Assembly: GCA_964016885.1 (NCBI GenBank)
Contig: OZ024746.1
Span: 52,824,001-52,888,000 of the forward strand
Source of the DNA: Eledone cirrhosa
Taxonomy: Eukaryota
Direction: 5' to 3'
DNA: 64,000 bases
Positions 25,801 to 38,500 of the stretch are shown here, piece after piece. Both the position numbers and the translations under genes were made by a program. Numbering within the stretch: the first letter of the stretch is position 1; each line of letters begins with the position of its first letter. The notes beneath the pieces were generated by a model. The model was given only the letters and a program-made list of their open reading frames with translations. It was not told the DNA's origin and made no database searches.

Positions 25801-27850
25801 GGTAGTGTTGTTGTTATTATTGTAGTTAGAGGTTGCTGAGATGGTAGTGTTGTTGTTGTTATTCTAGTTAGTGGTTGCTGTGATGGTAGTGTTGTTGTTG
25901 TTGTTATTGTAGTTAGTGGTTTCTGTGATGGTAGTGTTGTTGTTGTGATTCTAGTTAGTGGTTGCTGTGATGGTAGTGTTGTTGTTATTATTGTAGTTAG
26001 AGGTTGCTGAGATGGTAGTGTTGTTGTTGTTATTCTAGTTAGTGGTTGCTGTGATGGTAGTGTTGTTGTTGTTGTTATTGTAGTTAGTGGTTTCTGTGAT
26101 GGTAGTGTTGTTGTTGTTATTGTAGTTAGAGATTGCTGAGATGGTAGTGTTGTTGTTGTTGTTAGTGGTTGCTGTGATGTTAGTGTTGTTGTTGTTATTG
26201 TAGTTAGTGGTTGTTGTGATGGTAATGTTGTTGTTGTTGTTATTGTAGTTAGTGGTTGTTGTGATGGTAGTGTTGTTGTTGTTGTTATTGTAGTTAGTGG
26301 TTGCTGTGATTGTAGTGTTGTTGTTGTTGTTATTGTAGTTAGAGGTTGCTGAGATGGTAGTGTTGTTGTTGATGTTATTGTAGTTAGTGGTTGCTGAGAT
26401 GGTAGTGTTGTTGTTGTTGTTATTGTAGTTAGTGGTTGCTGTGATTGTAGTGTTGTTGATGTTGTTATTGTAGTTAGAGGTTGCTGAGATCGTAGTGTTG
26501 TTGTTGATGTTGTTATTGTAGTTAGTGGTTGCTGAGATGGTAGTGTTGTTGTTGTTGTTATTGTAGTTAGAGGTTGCTGAGATGGTAGTGTTGTTGTTGT
26601 TATTCTAGTTAGTGGTTGCTGTGATGGTAGTGTTGTTGTTATTATTGTAGTTAGAGGTTGCTGAGATGGTAGTGTTGTTGTTGTTATTCTAGTTAGTGGT
26701 TGCTGTGATGGTAGTGTTGTTGTTGTTGTTATTGTAGTTAGTGGTTGCTGTGATGGTAGTGTTGTTGTTGTTGTTATTGTAGTTAGTGGTTGCTGAGATA
26801 ATAGTGTTGTTGTTGTTGTTATTGTAGTTAGTGGTTGCTGAGATGATAGTGTTGTTGTTGTTGTTATTGTAGTTAGTGGTTGCTGAGATGGTAGTGTTGT
26901 TGTTGTTGTTATTGTAGTTAGTGATTTTTGTGATGGTAGTGTTGTTGTTGTTGTTATTGTAGTTAGTGGTTGCTGTGATGGTAGTGTTGTTGTTGTTATT
27001 GTAGTTAGTGGTTGCTGAGATGGTAGAGTTGCTGTTGTTGTTATTGTAGTTAGTGGTTGCAGAGATGGTAGTGTTGTTGTTGTTGTTATTCTAGTTAGTG
27101 GTTGCTGTGATGGTAGTGTTGTTGTTGTTGTTATTGTAGTTAGTGGTTTTTATGATGGTAGTGTTGTTGTTGTTGTTATTCTAGTTAGCGGTTGCTGTGA
27201 TGGTAGTGTTGTTGTTGTTGTTATTTTAGTTAGTGGTTTCTGTGATGGTAGTGTTGTTGTTGTTATTGTAGTTAGTGGTTGCTGAGATGGTAGTGTTGTT
27301 GTTGTTATTGTAGTTAGTGGTTGCTGAGATGGTAGTGTTGTCGTTGTTGTTATTGTAGTTAGTGGTTGCTGTGATGGTAGTGTTGTTGTTGTTGTTATTG
27401 TAGTTAGAGATTGCTGAGATGGTAGTGTTGTCGTTGTTGTTATTGTAGTTAGTGGTTGCTGAGATGGTAGTGTTGTTGTTGTTGTTGTTATTGTAGTTAG
27501 AGGTTGCTGAGATGGTAGTGTTGTTGTTGTGATTCTAGTTAGTGGTTGCTGTGATGGTAGTGTTGTTGTTATTATTGTAGTTAGAGGTTGCTGAGATGGT
27601 AGTGTTGTTGTTGTTATTCTAGTTAGTGGTTGCTGTGATGTTAGTGTTGTTGTTGTTGTTATTGTAGTTAGTGGTTTCTGTGATGGTAGTGTTGTTGTTG
27701 TTATTGTAGTTAGAGATTGCTGAGATGGTAGTGTTGTTGTTGTTGTTAGTGGTTGCTGTGATGTTAGTGTTGTTGTTGTTATTGTAGTTAGTGGTTGTTG
27801 TGATGGTAATGTTGTTGTTGTTGTTATTGTAGTTAGTGGTTGTTGTGATG
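22800..27850 (+). repeat. Three tandem copies of a ~1.71-1.75-kb higher-order unit
   Basis: ATCGTAG at 23031/24783/26489; GCAGAG at 23601/25349/27059; the C of TAGCGG at 23731/25479/27189 (offsets 1748 and 1710). Confidence 0.9.
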
Positions 27851-28311
27851 GTAGTGTTGTTGTTGTTGTTGTAGTTAGTGGTTGATGTGATGGTAGTGTT
27901 GTTATTGTTATTGTAGTTAGTGGTTGTTGTGATGGTAGTGTTGTTGTTGTTGTTGTAGTTAGTGGTTGATGTGATTGTAGTGTTCTTGTTGTTATTGTAG
28001 TTAGTGGTTGTTGTGATGGTAGTGTTGTTGTTGTTGTTGTAGTTAGTGGTTGATGTGATGGTAGTGTTGTTGTTGTTATTGTAGTTAGTGGTTGTTGTGA
28101 TGGTAGTGTTGTTGTTGTTGTTGTAGTTAGTGGTTGATGTGATTGTAGTGTTCTTGTTGTTATTGTAGTTAGTGGTTGTTGTGATGGTAGTGTTGTTGTT
28201 GTTGTTGTAGTTAGTGGTTGATGTGATGGTAGTGTTGTTGTTGTTATTGTAGTTAGTGGTTGTTGTGATGGTAGTGTTGTTGTTGTCGTTGTAGTTAGTA
28301 GTTGTTGTCAT
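27619..28311 (-). other. Repeat-derived Asn/Thr-rich ORF (NYNNNNNTTIT(T/S)TT)n, probably not a gene
   Basis: From the ORF track. The start is a singleton GTCATG variant and the stop is the recurrent TTCTAG variant. Confidence 0.75.
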
Positions 28312-29594
28312 GGTAGTGTTGTTGTTATTGTTATTGTAGTTAGAGATTGCTGTGATGGTAGTGTTGTTGTTGTTATTGTAGTTAGTGGTTGCTGAGATGG
28401 TAGTGTTGTTGTTGTTTTTATTGTAGTTAGTGGTTGCTGAGATGGTAGTGTTGTTGTTGTTGTTGTTATTGTAGTTTGTGGTTTCTGTGATGGTAGTGTT
28501 GTTGTTGTTGTTATTGTAGTTAGTGGTTGCTGAGATGATAGTGTTGTTGTTGTTGTTATTGTAGTTAGTGGTTGCTGAGATGGTAGTGTTGTTGTTGTTG
28601 TTATTGTAGTTAGTGGTTTTTGTGATGGTAGTGTTGTTGTTGTTGTTATTGTAGTTAGTGGTTGCTGTGATGGTAGTGTTGTTGTTGTTGTTGTTATTGT
28701 AGTTAGTGGTTGCTGAGATAATAGTGTTGTTGTTGTTGTTATTGTAGTTAGTGGTTGCTGAGATGGTAGTGTTGTTGTTGTTGTTATTGTAGTTAGTGGT
28801 TTTTGTGATGGTAGTGTTGTTGTTGTTGTTATTGTAGTTAGTGGTTGCTGTGATGGTAGTGTTGTTGTTGTTATTGTAGTTAGTGGTTGCTGAGATGGTA
28901 GTGTTGTTGTTGTTGTTATTGTAGTTAGAGGTTGCTGTGATGGTAGTGTTGTTGTTGTTGTTATTGTAGTTAGTGGTTGCTGAGATAATAGTGTTGTTGT
29001 TGTTGTTATTATAGTTAGTGGTTGCTGAGATGGTAGTGTTGTTGTTGTTGTTATTGTAGTTAGTGGTTTCTGTGATGGTAGTGTTGTTGTTGTTGTTGTT
29101 ATTGTAGTTAGTGGTTCCTGAGATAATAGTGTTGTTGTTGTTGTTATTGTAGTTAGTGGTTGCTGAGATGGTAGTGTTGTTGTTGTTGTTATTGTAGTTA
29201 GTGGTTTCTGTGATGGTAGTGTTGTTGTTGTTGTTATTGTAGTTAGTGGTTGCTGAGATAATAGTGTTGTTGTTGTTGTTATTGTAGTTAGTGGTTGCTG
29301 AGATGGAAGTGTTGTTGTTGTTGTTATTGTAGTTAGTGGTTGCTGAGATGGTAGTGTTGTTGTTGTTGTTATTGTAGTTAGTGGTTTCGGTGATGGTAGT
29401 GTTGTTGTTGTTGTTATTGTAGTTAGTGGTTGCTGTGATGGTAGTGTTGTTGTTGTTATTGTAGTTAGTGGTTGCTGAGATGGTACTGTTGTTGTTGTTG
29501 TTATTGTAGTTAGTGGTTGCTGAGATGGTAGTGTTGTTGTTGCTGTTATTGTAGTTGGTGGTTTCTGTGATGGTAGTGTTGTTGTTGTTGTCAT
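28308..29594 (-). other. Repeat-derived mucin-like Thr/Pro/Ser ORF, probably not a gene
   Basis: From the ORF track. Start and stop both come from singleton substitutions; it is pure repeat with no signal peptide or unique domain. Confidence 0.7.
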
Positions 29595-32500
29595 TGTAGT
29601 TAGTGGTTGCTGTGATGGTAGTGATGTTGTTGTTATTGTAGCTAGTGGTTGCTGTGATGGTAGTGTTGTTGTTGTTATTGTAGCTAGTGGTTGCTGTGAT
29701 GGTAGTGTTGTTGTTGTTATTGTAGTTAGTGGTTGCTATGATGGTAGTGATGTTGTTGTTATTGTAGCTAGTGGTTGCTGTGTTGGTAGTGTTGTTGTTG
29801 TTATTGTAGTTAGTTGTTGCTATGCTGGTAGTGTTGTTGTTGTTATTGTAGCTAGTGGTTGCTGTGATGGTAGTGTTTTTGTTGTTATTGTAGTTAGTGG
29901 TTGCTATGATGGTAGTGTTGTTGTTGTTATTGTAGTAAGAGGTTGCTATGATGGTAGTGTTGTTGTTGTTATTGTAGTTAGTGGTTGCTATGATGGTAGT
30001 GTTGTTGTTGTTATTGTAGCTAGTGGTTGCTGAGATGGTAGTGTTGTTGTTGTTGTTATTGTTGTTAGTGGTTGCTGAGATGGTAGTGTTGTTGTTGTTG
30101 TTATTGTAGTTAGTGGTTGCTGTGATGGAGGTGTTGTTGTTGTTATTGTAGTTAGAGGTTGCTGAGATGGTAGTGTTGTTGTTGTTATTGTAGTTAGTGG
30201 TTGCTGTGATGGTAGTGTTGTTGTTGTTATTGTAGTTAGTGTTTGCTGAGATGGTAGTGTTGTTGTTGTTTTTATTGTAGTTAGTGTTTGCTGAGATGGT
30301 AGTGTTGTTGTTGTTTTTATTGTAGTTAGTGGTTGCTGAGATGGTAGTGTTGTTGTTGTTGTTATTGTAGTTAGTGATTACTGTGATGGTAGTGTTGTTG
30401 TTGTTGTTATTGTAGTTAGAGGTTGCTGAGATGGTAGTGTTGTTGTTGTTGTTATTGTAGTTAGTGGTTACTGTGATGGTAGTGTTGTTGTTATTGTTAT
30501 TGTAGTTAGAGGTTGCTGTGATGGTAGTGTTGTTGTTGTTGTTATTGTAGTTAGTGGTTTCTGTGATGGTAGTGTTGTTGTTGTTATTATAGTTAGTGTT
30601 TGCTGAGATGGTAGTGTTGTTGTTGTTGTTATTGTAGTTAGTGGTTTCTGTGATGGTAGTGTTGTTGTTGTTGTTATTGTAGTTAGTGGTTGCTGTGATG
30701 GTAGTGTTGTTGTTGTTATTGTAGTTAGTGGTTGCTGAGATGGTAGTGTTGTTGTTGTTGTTATAGGTAGTTAGTGGCTGCTGAGATGGTAGTGTTGTTG
30801 TTGTTGTTATTGTAGTTAGTGGTTTCTGTGATGGTAGTGTTGTTGTTGTTGTTATTGTAGTTAAAGGTTGCTGTGATGGTAGTGTTGTTGTTGTTATTCT
30901 AGTTAGTGGTTGCTGTGATGGTAGTGTTGTTGTTGTTGTTATTGTAGTTAGTGGTTTCTGTGATGGTAGTGTTGTTGTTGTTATTGTAGTTAGTGGTTGC
31001 TGAGATGGTAGTGTTGTTGTTGTTGTTATTGTAGTTAGAGGTTGCTGTGATGGTAGTGTTGTTGTTGTTGTTATTGTAGTTAGTGGTTTCTGTGATGGTA
31101 GTGTTGTTGTTGTTATTATAGTTAGTGTTTGCTGAGATGGTAGTGTTGTTGTTGTTGTTATTGTAGTTAGTGGTTTCTGTGATGGTAGTGTTGTTGTTGT
31201 TGTTATTGTAGTTAGTGGTTGCTGTGATGGTAGTGTTGTTGTTGTTATTGTAGTTAGTGGTTGCTGAGATGGTAGTGTTGTTGTTGTTATTGTAATTAGT
31301 GGCTGCTGAGATGGTAGTGTTGTTGTTGTTATTCTAGTTAGTGGTTGCTGTGATGGTAGTGTTGTTGTTGTTGTTATTGTAGTTAGTGGTTTCTGTGATG
31401 GTAGTGTTGTTGTTGTTATTGTAGTTAGTGGTTGCTGAGATGGTAGTGTTGTTGTTGTTGTTATTGTAGTTAGTGGTTGCTGTGATGGTAGTGTTGTTGT
31501 TGTTGTTATTGTAGTTAGAGTTTGCTGAGATGGTAGTATTGTTGTTGTTGTTATTGTAGTTAGTGGTTGCTGAGATGGTAGTGTTGTTGTTGTTGTTATT
31601 GTAGTTAGAGGTTGCTGAGATGGTAGTGTTGTTGTTGTTATTCTAGTTAGTGGTTGCTGTGATGGTAGTGTTGTTGTTGTTGTTATTGTAGTTAGTGGTT
31701 TCTGTGATGGTAGTGTTGTTGTTGTTATTGTAGTTAGAGATTGCTGAGATGGTAGTGTTGTTGTTGTTGTTAGTGGTTGCTGTGATGTTAGTGTTGTTGT
31801 TGTTTATGTAGTTAGTGGTTGTTGTGATGGTAATGTTGTTGTTGTTGTTATTGTAGTTAGTGGTTATTGTGATGGTAGTGTTGTTGTTGTTGTTGTAGTT
31901 AGTGGTTGATGTGATGGTAGTGTTGTTATTGTTATTGTAGTTAGTGGTTGTTGTGATTGTAGTGTTCTTGTTGTTATTGTAGTTAGTGGTTGTTGTGATG
32001 GTAGTGTTGTTGTTGTTGTTGTAGTTAGTGGTTGATGTGATGGTAGTGTTGTTGTTGTTATTGTAGTTAGTGGTTGTTGTGATGGTAGTGTTGTTGTTGT
32101 TGTTGTAGTTAGTGGTTGATGTGATGGTAGTGTTGTTGTTGTCGTTGTAGTTAGTAGTTGTTGTGATGGTAGTGTTGTTGTTATTGTTATTGTAGTGAGA
32201 GATTGCTGTGATGGTAGTGTTGTTGTTGTTATTGTAGTTAGTGGTTGCTGAGATGGTAGTGTTGTTGTTGTTTTTATTGTAGTTAGTGGTTGCTGAGATG
32301 GTAGTATTGTTGTTGTTGTTGTTATTGTATTTTGTGGTTTCTGTGATGGTAGTGTTGTTGTTGTTGTTATTGTAGTTAGTGGTTGTTGAGATGATAGTGT
32401 TGTTGTTGTTGTTATTGTAGTTAGTGGTTGCTGAGATGGTAGTGTTGTTGTTGTTGTTATTGTAGTTAGTGGTTTTTGTGATGGTAGTGTTGTTGTTGTT

Positions 32501-35500
32501 GTTATTGTAGTTAGTGGTTGCTGTGATGGTAGTGTTGTTGTTGTTGTTGTTATTGTAGTTAGTGGTTGCTGAGATAATAGTGTTGTTGTTGTTCTTATTG
32601 TAGTTAGTGGTTGCTGAGATGGTAGTGTTGTTGTTGTTGTTATTGTAGTTAGTGGTTTTTGTGATGGTAGTGTTGTTGTTGTTGTTATTGTAGTTAGTGG
32701 TTAATGTGATGGTAGTGTTGTTGTTGTTATTGTAGTTAGTGGTTGCTGAGATGGTAGTGTTGTTGTTGTTGTTATTGTAGTTAGAGGTTGCTGTGATGGT
32801 AGTGTTGTTGTTGTTGTTATTGTAGTTAGTGGTTTTTGTGATGGTAGTGTTGTTGTTGTTGTTATTGTAGTTAGTGGTTGCTGAGATGGTAGTGTTGTTG
32901 TTGTTGTTATTGTAGTTAGTGGTTTCTGTGATGGTAGTGTTGTTGTTGTTGTTACTGTAGTTAGTGGTTGCTGAGATAATAGTGTTGCTGTTGTTGTTAT
33001 TGTAGTTAGTGGTTGCTGAGATGGTAGTGTTGTTGTTGTTGTTATTGTAGTTAGTGGTTGCTGAGATGGTAGTGTTGTTGTTGTTGTTATTGTAGTTAGT
33101 GGTTTCTGTGATGGTAGTGTTGTTGTTGTTGTTATTGTAGTTAGTGGTTGCTGTGATGGTAGTGTTGTTGTTGTTATTGTAGTTAGTGGTTGCTGAGATG
33201 GTAGTGTTGTTGTTGTTGTTATTGTAGTTAGTGGTTGCTGAGATGGTAGTGTTGTTGTTGCTGTTATTGTAGTTAGTGGTTTCTGTGATGGTAGTGTTGT
33301 TGTTGTTGTTATTGTAGTTAGTGGTTGCTGTGATGGTAGTGTTGTTGTTGTTATTCTAGTTAGTGGTTGCTGTGATGGTAGTGTTGTTGTTGTTGTTATT
33401 GTAGTTAGTGGTTTCTGTGATGGTAGTGTTGTTGTTGTTGTTATTGTAGTTAGTGGTTGCTGTGATGGTAGTGTTGTTGTTGTTATTGTAGTTAGTGGTT
33501 GCTATGATGGTAGTGATGTTGTTGTTATTCTAGTTAGTGGTTTCTGTGATGGTAGTGTTGTTGTTGTGGTTATTGTAGTTAGTGGTTGCTGAGATGGTAG
33601 TGTTGTTGTTGTTATTGTAGCTAGTGGTTGCTGTGATGGTAGTGTTGTTGTTGTTATTGTAGTTAGTGGTTGCTATGATGGTAGTGATGTTGTTGTTATT
33701 GTAGCTAGTGGTTGCTGTGTTGGTAGTGTTGTTGTTGTTATTGTAGTTAGTGGTTGCTATGCTGGTAGTGTTGTTGTTGTTATTGTAGCTAGTGGTTGCT
33801 GTGATGGTAGTGTTTTTGTTGTTATTGTAGTTAGTGGTTGCTATGATGGTAGTGTTGTTGTTGTTATTGTAGTAAGAGGTTGTTATGATGGTAGTGTTGT
33901 TGTTGTTATTGTAGTTAGTGGTTTCTGTGATGGTAGTGTTGTTGTTGTTGTTATTGTAGTTAGTGGTTGCTGTGATGGTAGTGTTGTTGTTGTTATTGTA
34001 GTTAGTGGTTGCTGAGATGGTAGTGTTGTTGTTGTTGTTATTGTAGTTAGTGGTTGCTGAGATGGTAGTGTTGTTGTTGCTGTTATTGTAGTTAGTGGTT
34101 TCTGTGATGGTAGTGTTGTTGTTGTTGTTATTGTAGTTAGTGGTTGCTGTGATGGTAGTGTTGTTGTTGTTATTCTAGTTAGTGGTTGCTGTGATGGTAG
34201 TGTTGTTGTTGTTGTTATTGTAGTTAGTGGTTTCTGTGATGGTAGTGTTGTTGTTGTTATTGTAGTTAGTGGTTGCTGTGATGGTAGTGTTGTTGTTGTT
34301 ATTGTAGTTAGTGGTTGCTATGATGGTAGTGATGTTGTTGTTATTCTAGTTAGTGGTTTCTGTGATGGTAGTGTTGTTGTTGTGGTTATTGTAGTTAGTG
34401 GTTGCTGAGATGGTAGTGTTGTTGTTGTTATTGTAGCTAGTGGTTGCTGTGATGGTAGTGTTGTTGTTGTTATTGTAGTTAGTGGTTGCTATGATGGTAG
34501 TGATGTTGTTGTTATTGTAGCTAGTGGTTGCTGTGTTGGTAGTGTTGTTGTTGTTATTGTAGTTAGTGGTTGCTATGCTGGTAGTGTTGTTGTTGTTATT
34601 GTAGCTAGTGGTTGCTGTGATGGTAGTGTTTTTGTTGTTATTGTAGTTAGTGGTTGCTATGATGGTAGTGTTGTTGTTGTTATTGTAGTAAGAGGTTGTT
34701 ATGATGGTAGTGTTGTTGTTGTTATTGTAGCTAGTGGTTGCTGAGATGGTAGTGTTGTTGTTGTTGTTATTGTTGTTAGTGGTTGCTGAGATGGTAGTGT
34801 TGTTGTTGTTGTTATTGTAGTTAGTGGTTGCTGTGATGGTAGTGTTGTTGTTGTTGTTATTGTAGTTAGTGGTTGCTGAGATGGTAGTGTTGTTGTTGTT
34901 ATTGTAGTTAGTGGTTGCTGTGATGGTAGTGTTGTTGTTGTTATTGTAGTTAGTGTTTGCTGAGATGGTAGTGTTGTTGTTGTTGTTGTTGTTATTGTAG
35001 TTAGTGGTTTCTGTGATGGTAGTGTTGTTGTTGTTATTGTAGTTAGTGGTTGCTGAGATGGTAGTATTGTTGTTGTTGTTATTGTAGTTAGTGGTTTCTG
35101 TGATGGTAGTGTTGTTGTTGTTATTGTAGTTAGTGGTTGCTGAGATAATAGTGTTGTTGTTGTTGTTATTGTAGTTAGTGTTTGCTGAGATGGTAGTGTT
35201 GTTGTTGTTGTTATTGTAGTTAGAGGTTGCTGAGATGGTAGTGTTGTTGTTGTTGTTATTGTAGTTAGTGTTTGCTGAGATGGTAGTGTTGTTGTTGTTG
35301 TTATTGTAGTTAGAGGTTGCTGTGATGGTAGTGTTGTTGTTGTTATTGTAGCTAGTGGTTGCTGAGATGGTAGTGTTGTTGTTGTTGTTATAGGTAGTTA
35401 GTGGCTGCTGAGATGGTAGTGTTGTTGTTGTTGTTATTGTAGTTAGTGGTTTCTGTGATGGTAGTGTTGTTGTTGTTGTTATTGTAGTTAGTGGTTTCTG

Positions 35501-38500
35501 TGATGGTAGTGTTGTTGTTGTTATTCTAGTTAGTGGTTGCTGTGATGGTAGTGTTGTTGTTGTTGTTATTGTAGTTAAAGTTTGCTGTGATGGTAGTATT
35601 GTTGTTGTTATTCTAGTTAGTGGTTGCTGTGATGGTAGTGTTGTTGTTGTTGTTATTGTAGTTAGTGGTTTCTGTGATGGTAGTGTTGTTGTTGTTATTG
35701 TAGTTAGTGGTTGCTGAGATGGTAGTGTTGTTGTTGTTGTTATTGTAGTTAGTGGTTGCTGAGATGGTAGTGTTGTTGTTGTTGTTATTGTAGTTAGAGT
35801 TTGCTGAGATGGTAGTATTGTTGTTGTTGTTATTGTAGTTAGTGGTTGCTGAGATGGTAGTGTTGTTGTTGTTGTTATTGTAGTTAGAGGTTGCTGAGAT
35901 GGTAGTGTTGTTGTTGTTGTTATTGTAGTTAGAGGTTGCTGAGATGGTAGTGTTGTTGTTGTTGTTATTGTAGTTAGTGGTTGCTGTGATGGTAGTGTTG
36001 TTGTTGTTGTTATTGTAGTTAGTGATTTCTGTGATGGTAGTGTTGTTGTTGTTATTGTAGCTAGTGGTTGCTGAGATGGTAGTGTTGTTGTTGTTGTTAT
36101 TGTTGTTAGTGGTTGCTGAGATGGTAGTGTTGTTGTTGTTGTTATTGTAGTTAGTGGTTGCTGTGATGGTAGTGTTGTTGTTGTTATTGTAGTTAGAGGT
36201 TGCTGAGATGGTAGTGTTGTTGTTGTTATTGTAGTTAGTGGTTGCTGTGATGGTAGTGTTGTTGTTGTTATTGTAGTTAGTGTTTGCTGAGATGGTAGTG
36301 TTGTTGTTGTTGTTGTTGTTATTGTAGTTAGTGGTTTCTGTGATGGTAGTGTTGTTGTTGTTATTGTAGTTAGTGGTTGCTGAGATGGTAGTGTTGTTGT
36401 TGTTGTTATTGTAGTTAGTGGTTTCTGTGATGGTAGTGTTGTTGTTGTTGTTATTGTAGTTAGAGGTTGCTGTGATGGTAGTGTTGTTGTTGTTATTGTA
36501 GTTAGTGGTTGCTGAGATAATAGTGTTGTTGTTGTTGTTATTGTAGTTAGTGTTTGCTGAGATGGTAGTGTTGTTGTTGTTGTTATTGTAGTTAGTGGTT
36601 TCTGTGATGGTAGTGTTGTTGTTGTTGTTATTGTAGTTAGTGTTTGCTGAGATGGTAGTGTTGTTGTTGTTGTTGTTATTGTAGTTAGTGGTTGCTGAGA
36701 TGGTAGTGTTGTTGTTGTTATTGTAGCTAGTGGTTGCTGTGATGGTAGTGTTGTTGTTGTTATTGTAGTTAGTGGTTGCTATGATGGTAGTGATGTTGTT
36801 GTTATTGTAGCTAGTGGTTGCTGTGTTGGTAGTGTTGTTGTTGTTATTGTAGTTAGTGGTTGCTATGCTGGTAGTGTTGTTGTTGTTATTGTAGCTAGTG
36901 GTTGCTGTGATGGTAGTGTTGTTGTTGTTATTGTAGTAAGAGGTTGTTATGATGGTAGTGTTGTTGTTGTTATTGTAGTTAGTGGTTTCTGTGATGGTAG
37001 TGTTGTTGTTGTTGTTATTGTAGTTAGTGGTTGCTGTGATGGTAGTGTTGTTGTTGATATTGTAGTTAGTGGTTGCTGAGATGGTAGTGTTGTTGTTGTT
37101 GTTATTGTAGTTAGTGATTGCTGAGATGGTAGTGTTGTTGTTGCTGTTATTGTAGTTAGTGGTTTCTGTGATGGTAGTGTTGTTGTTGTTGTTATTGTAG
37201 TTAGTGGTTGCTGTGATGGTAGTGTTGTTGTTGTTATTCTAGTTAGTGGTTGCTGTGATGGTAGTGTTGTTGTTGTTGTTATTGTAGTTAGTGGTTTCTG
37301 TGATGGTAGTGTTGTTGTTGTTATTGTAGTTAGTGGTTGCTGTGATGGTAGTGTTGTTGTTGTTATTGTAGTTAGTGGTTGCTATGATGGTAGTGATGTT
37401 GTTGTTATTCTAGTTAGTGGTTTCTGTGATGGTAGTGTTGTTGTTGTGGTTATTGTAGTTAGTGGTTGCTGAGATGGTAGTGTTGTTGTTGTTATTGTAG
37501 CTAGTGGTTGCTGTGATGGTAGTGTTGTTGTTGTTATTGTAGTTAGTGGTTGCTATGATGGTAGTGATGTTGTTGTTATTGTAGCTAGTGGTTGCTGTGT
37601 TGGTAGTGTTGTTGTTGTTATTGTAGTTAGTGGTTGCTATGCTGGTAGTGTTGTTGTTGTTATTGTAGCTAGTGGTTGCTGTGATGGTAGTGTTTTTGTT
37701 GTTATTGTAGTTAGTGGTTGCTATGATGGTAGTGTTGTTGTTGTTATTGTAGTAAGAGGTTGTTATGATGGTAGTGTTGTTGTTGTTATTGTAGTTAGTG
37801 GTTGCTATGATGGTAGTGTTGTTGTTGTTATTGTAGCTAGTGGTTGCTGAGATGGTAGTGTTGTTGTTGTTGTTATTGTTGTTAGTGGTTGCTGAGATGG
37901 TAGTGTTGTTGTTGTTGTTATTGTAGTTAGTGGTTGCTGTGATGGTAGTGTTGTTGTTGTTATTGTAGTTAGAGGTTGCTGAGATGGTAGTGTTGTTGTT
38001 GTTATTGTAGTTAGTGGTTGCTGTGATGGTAGTGTTGTTGTTGTTATTGTAGTTAGTGTTTGCTGAGATGGTAGTGTTGTTGTTGTTGTTGTTGTTATTG
38101 TAGTTAGTGGTTTCTGTGATGGTAGTGTTGTTGTTGTTATTGTAGTTAGTGGTTGCTGAGATGGTAGTGTTGTTGTTGTTGTTATTGTAGTTAGTGGTTT
38201 CTGTGATGGTAGTGTTGTTGTTGTTATTGTAGTTAGTGGTTGCTGAGATAATAGTGTTGTTGTTGTTGTTATTGTAGTTAGTGTTTGCTGAGATGGTAGT
38301 GTTGTTGTTGTTGTTATTGTAGTTAGAGGTTGCTGAGATGGTAGTGTTGTTGTTGTTGTTATTGTAGTTAGTGTTTGCTGAGATGGTAGTGTTGTTGTTG
38401 TTGTTATTGTAGTTAGAGGTTGCTGTGATGGTAGTGTTGTTGTTGTTATTGTAGCTAGTGGTTGCTGAGATGGTAGTGTTGTTGTTGTTGTTATAGGTAG

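Noticed and set aside
28308-28311. ATGA start/stop overlap between two ORFs resembling bacterial translational coupling
   Set aside because: One singleton substitution creates both TGA and ATG in the two open frames; there is no ribosome-binding site or unique coding sequence.
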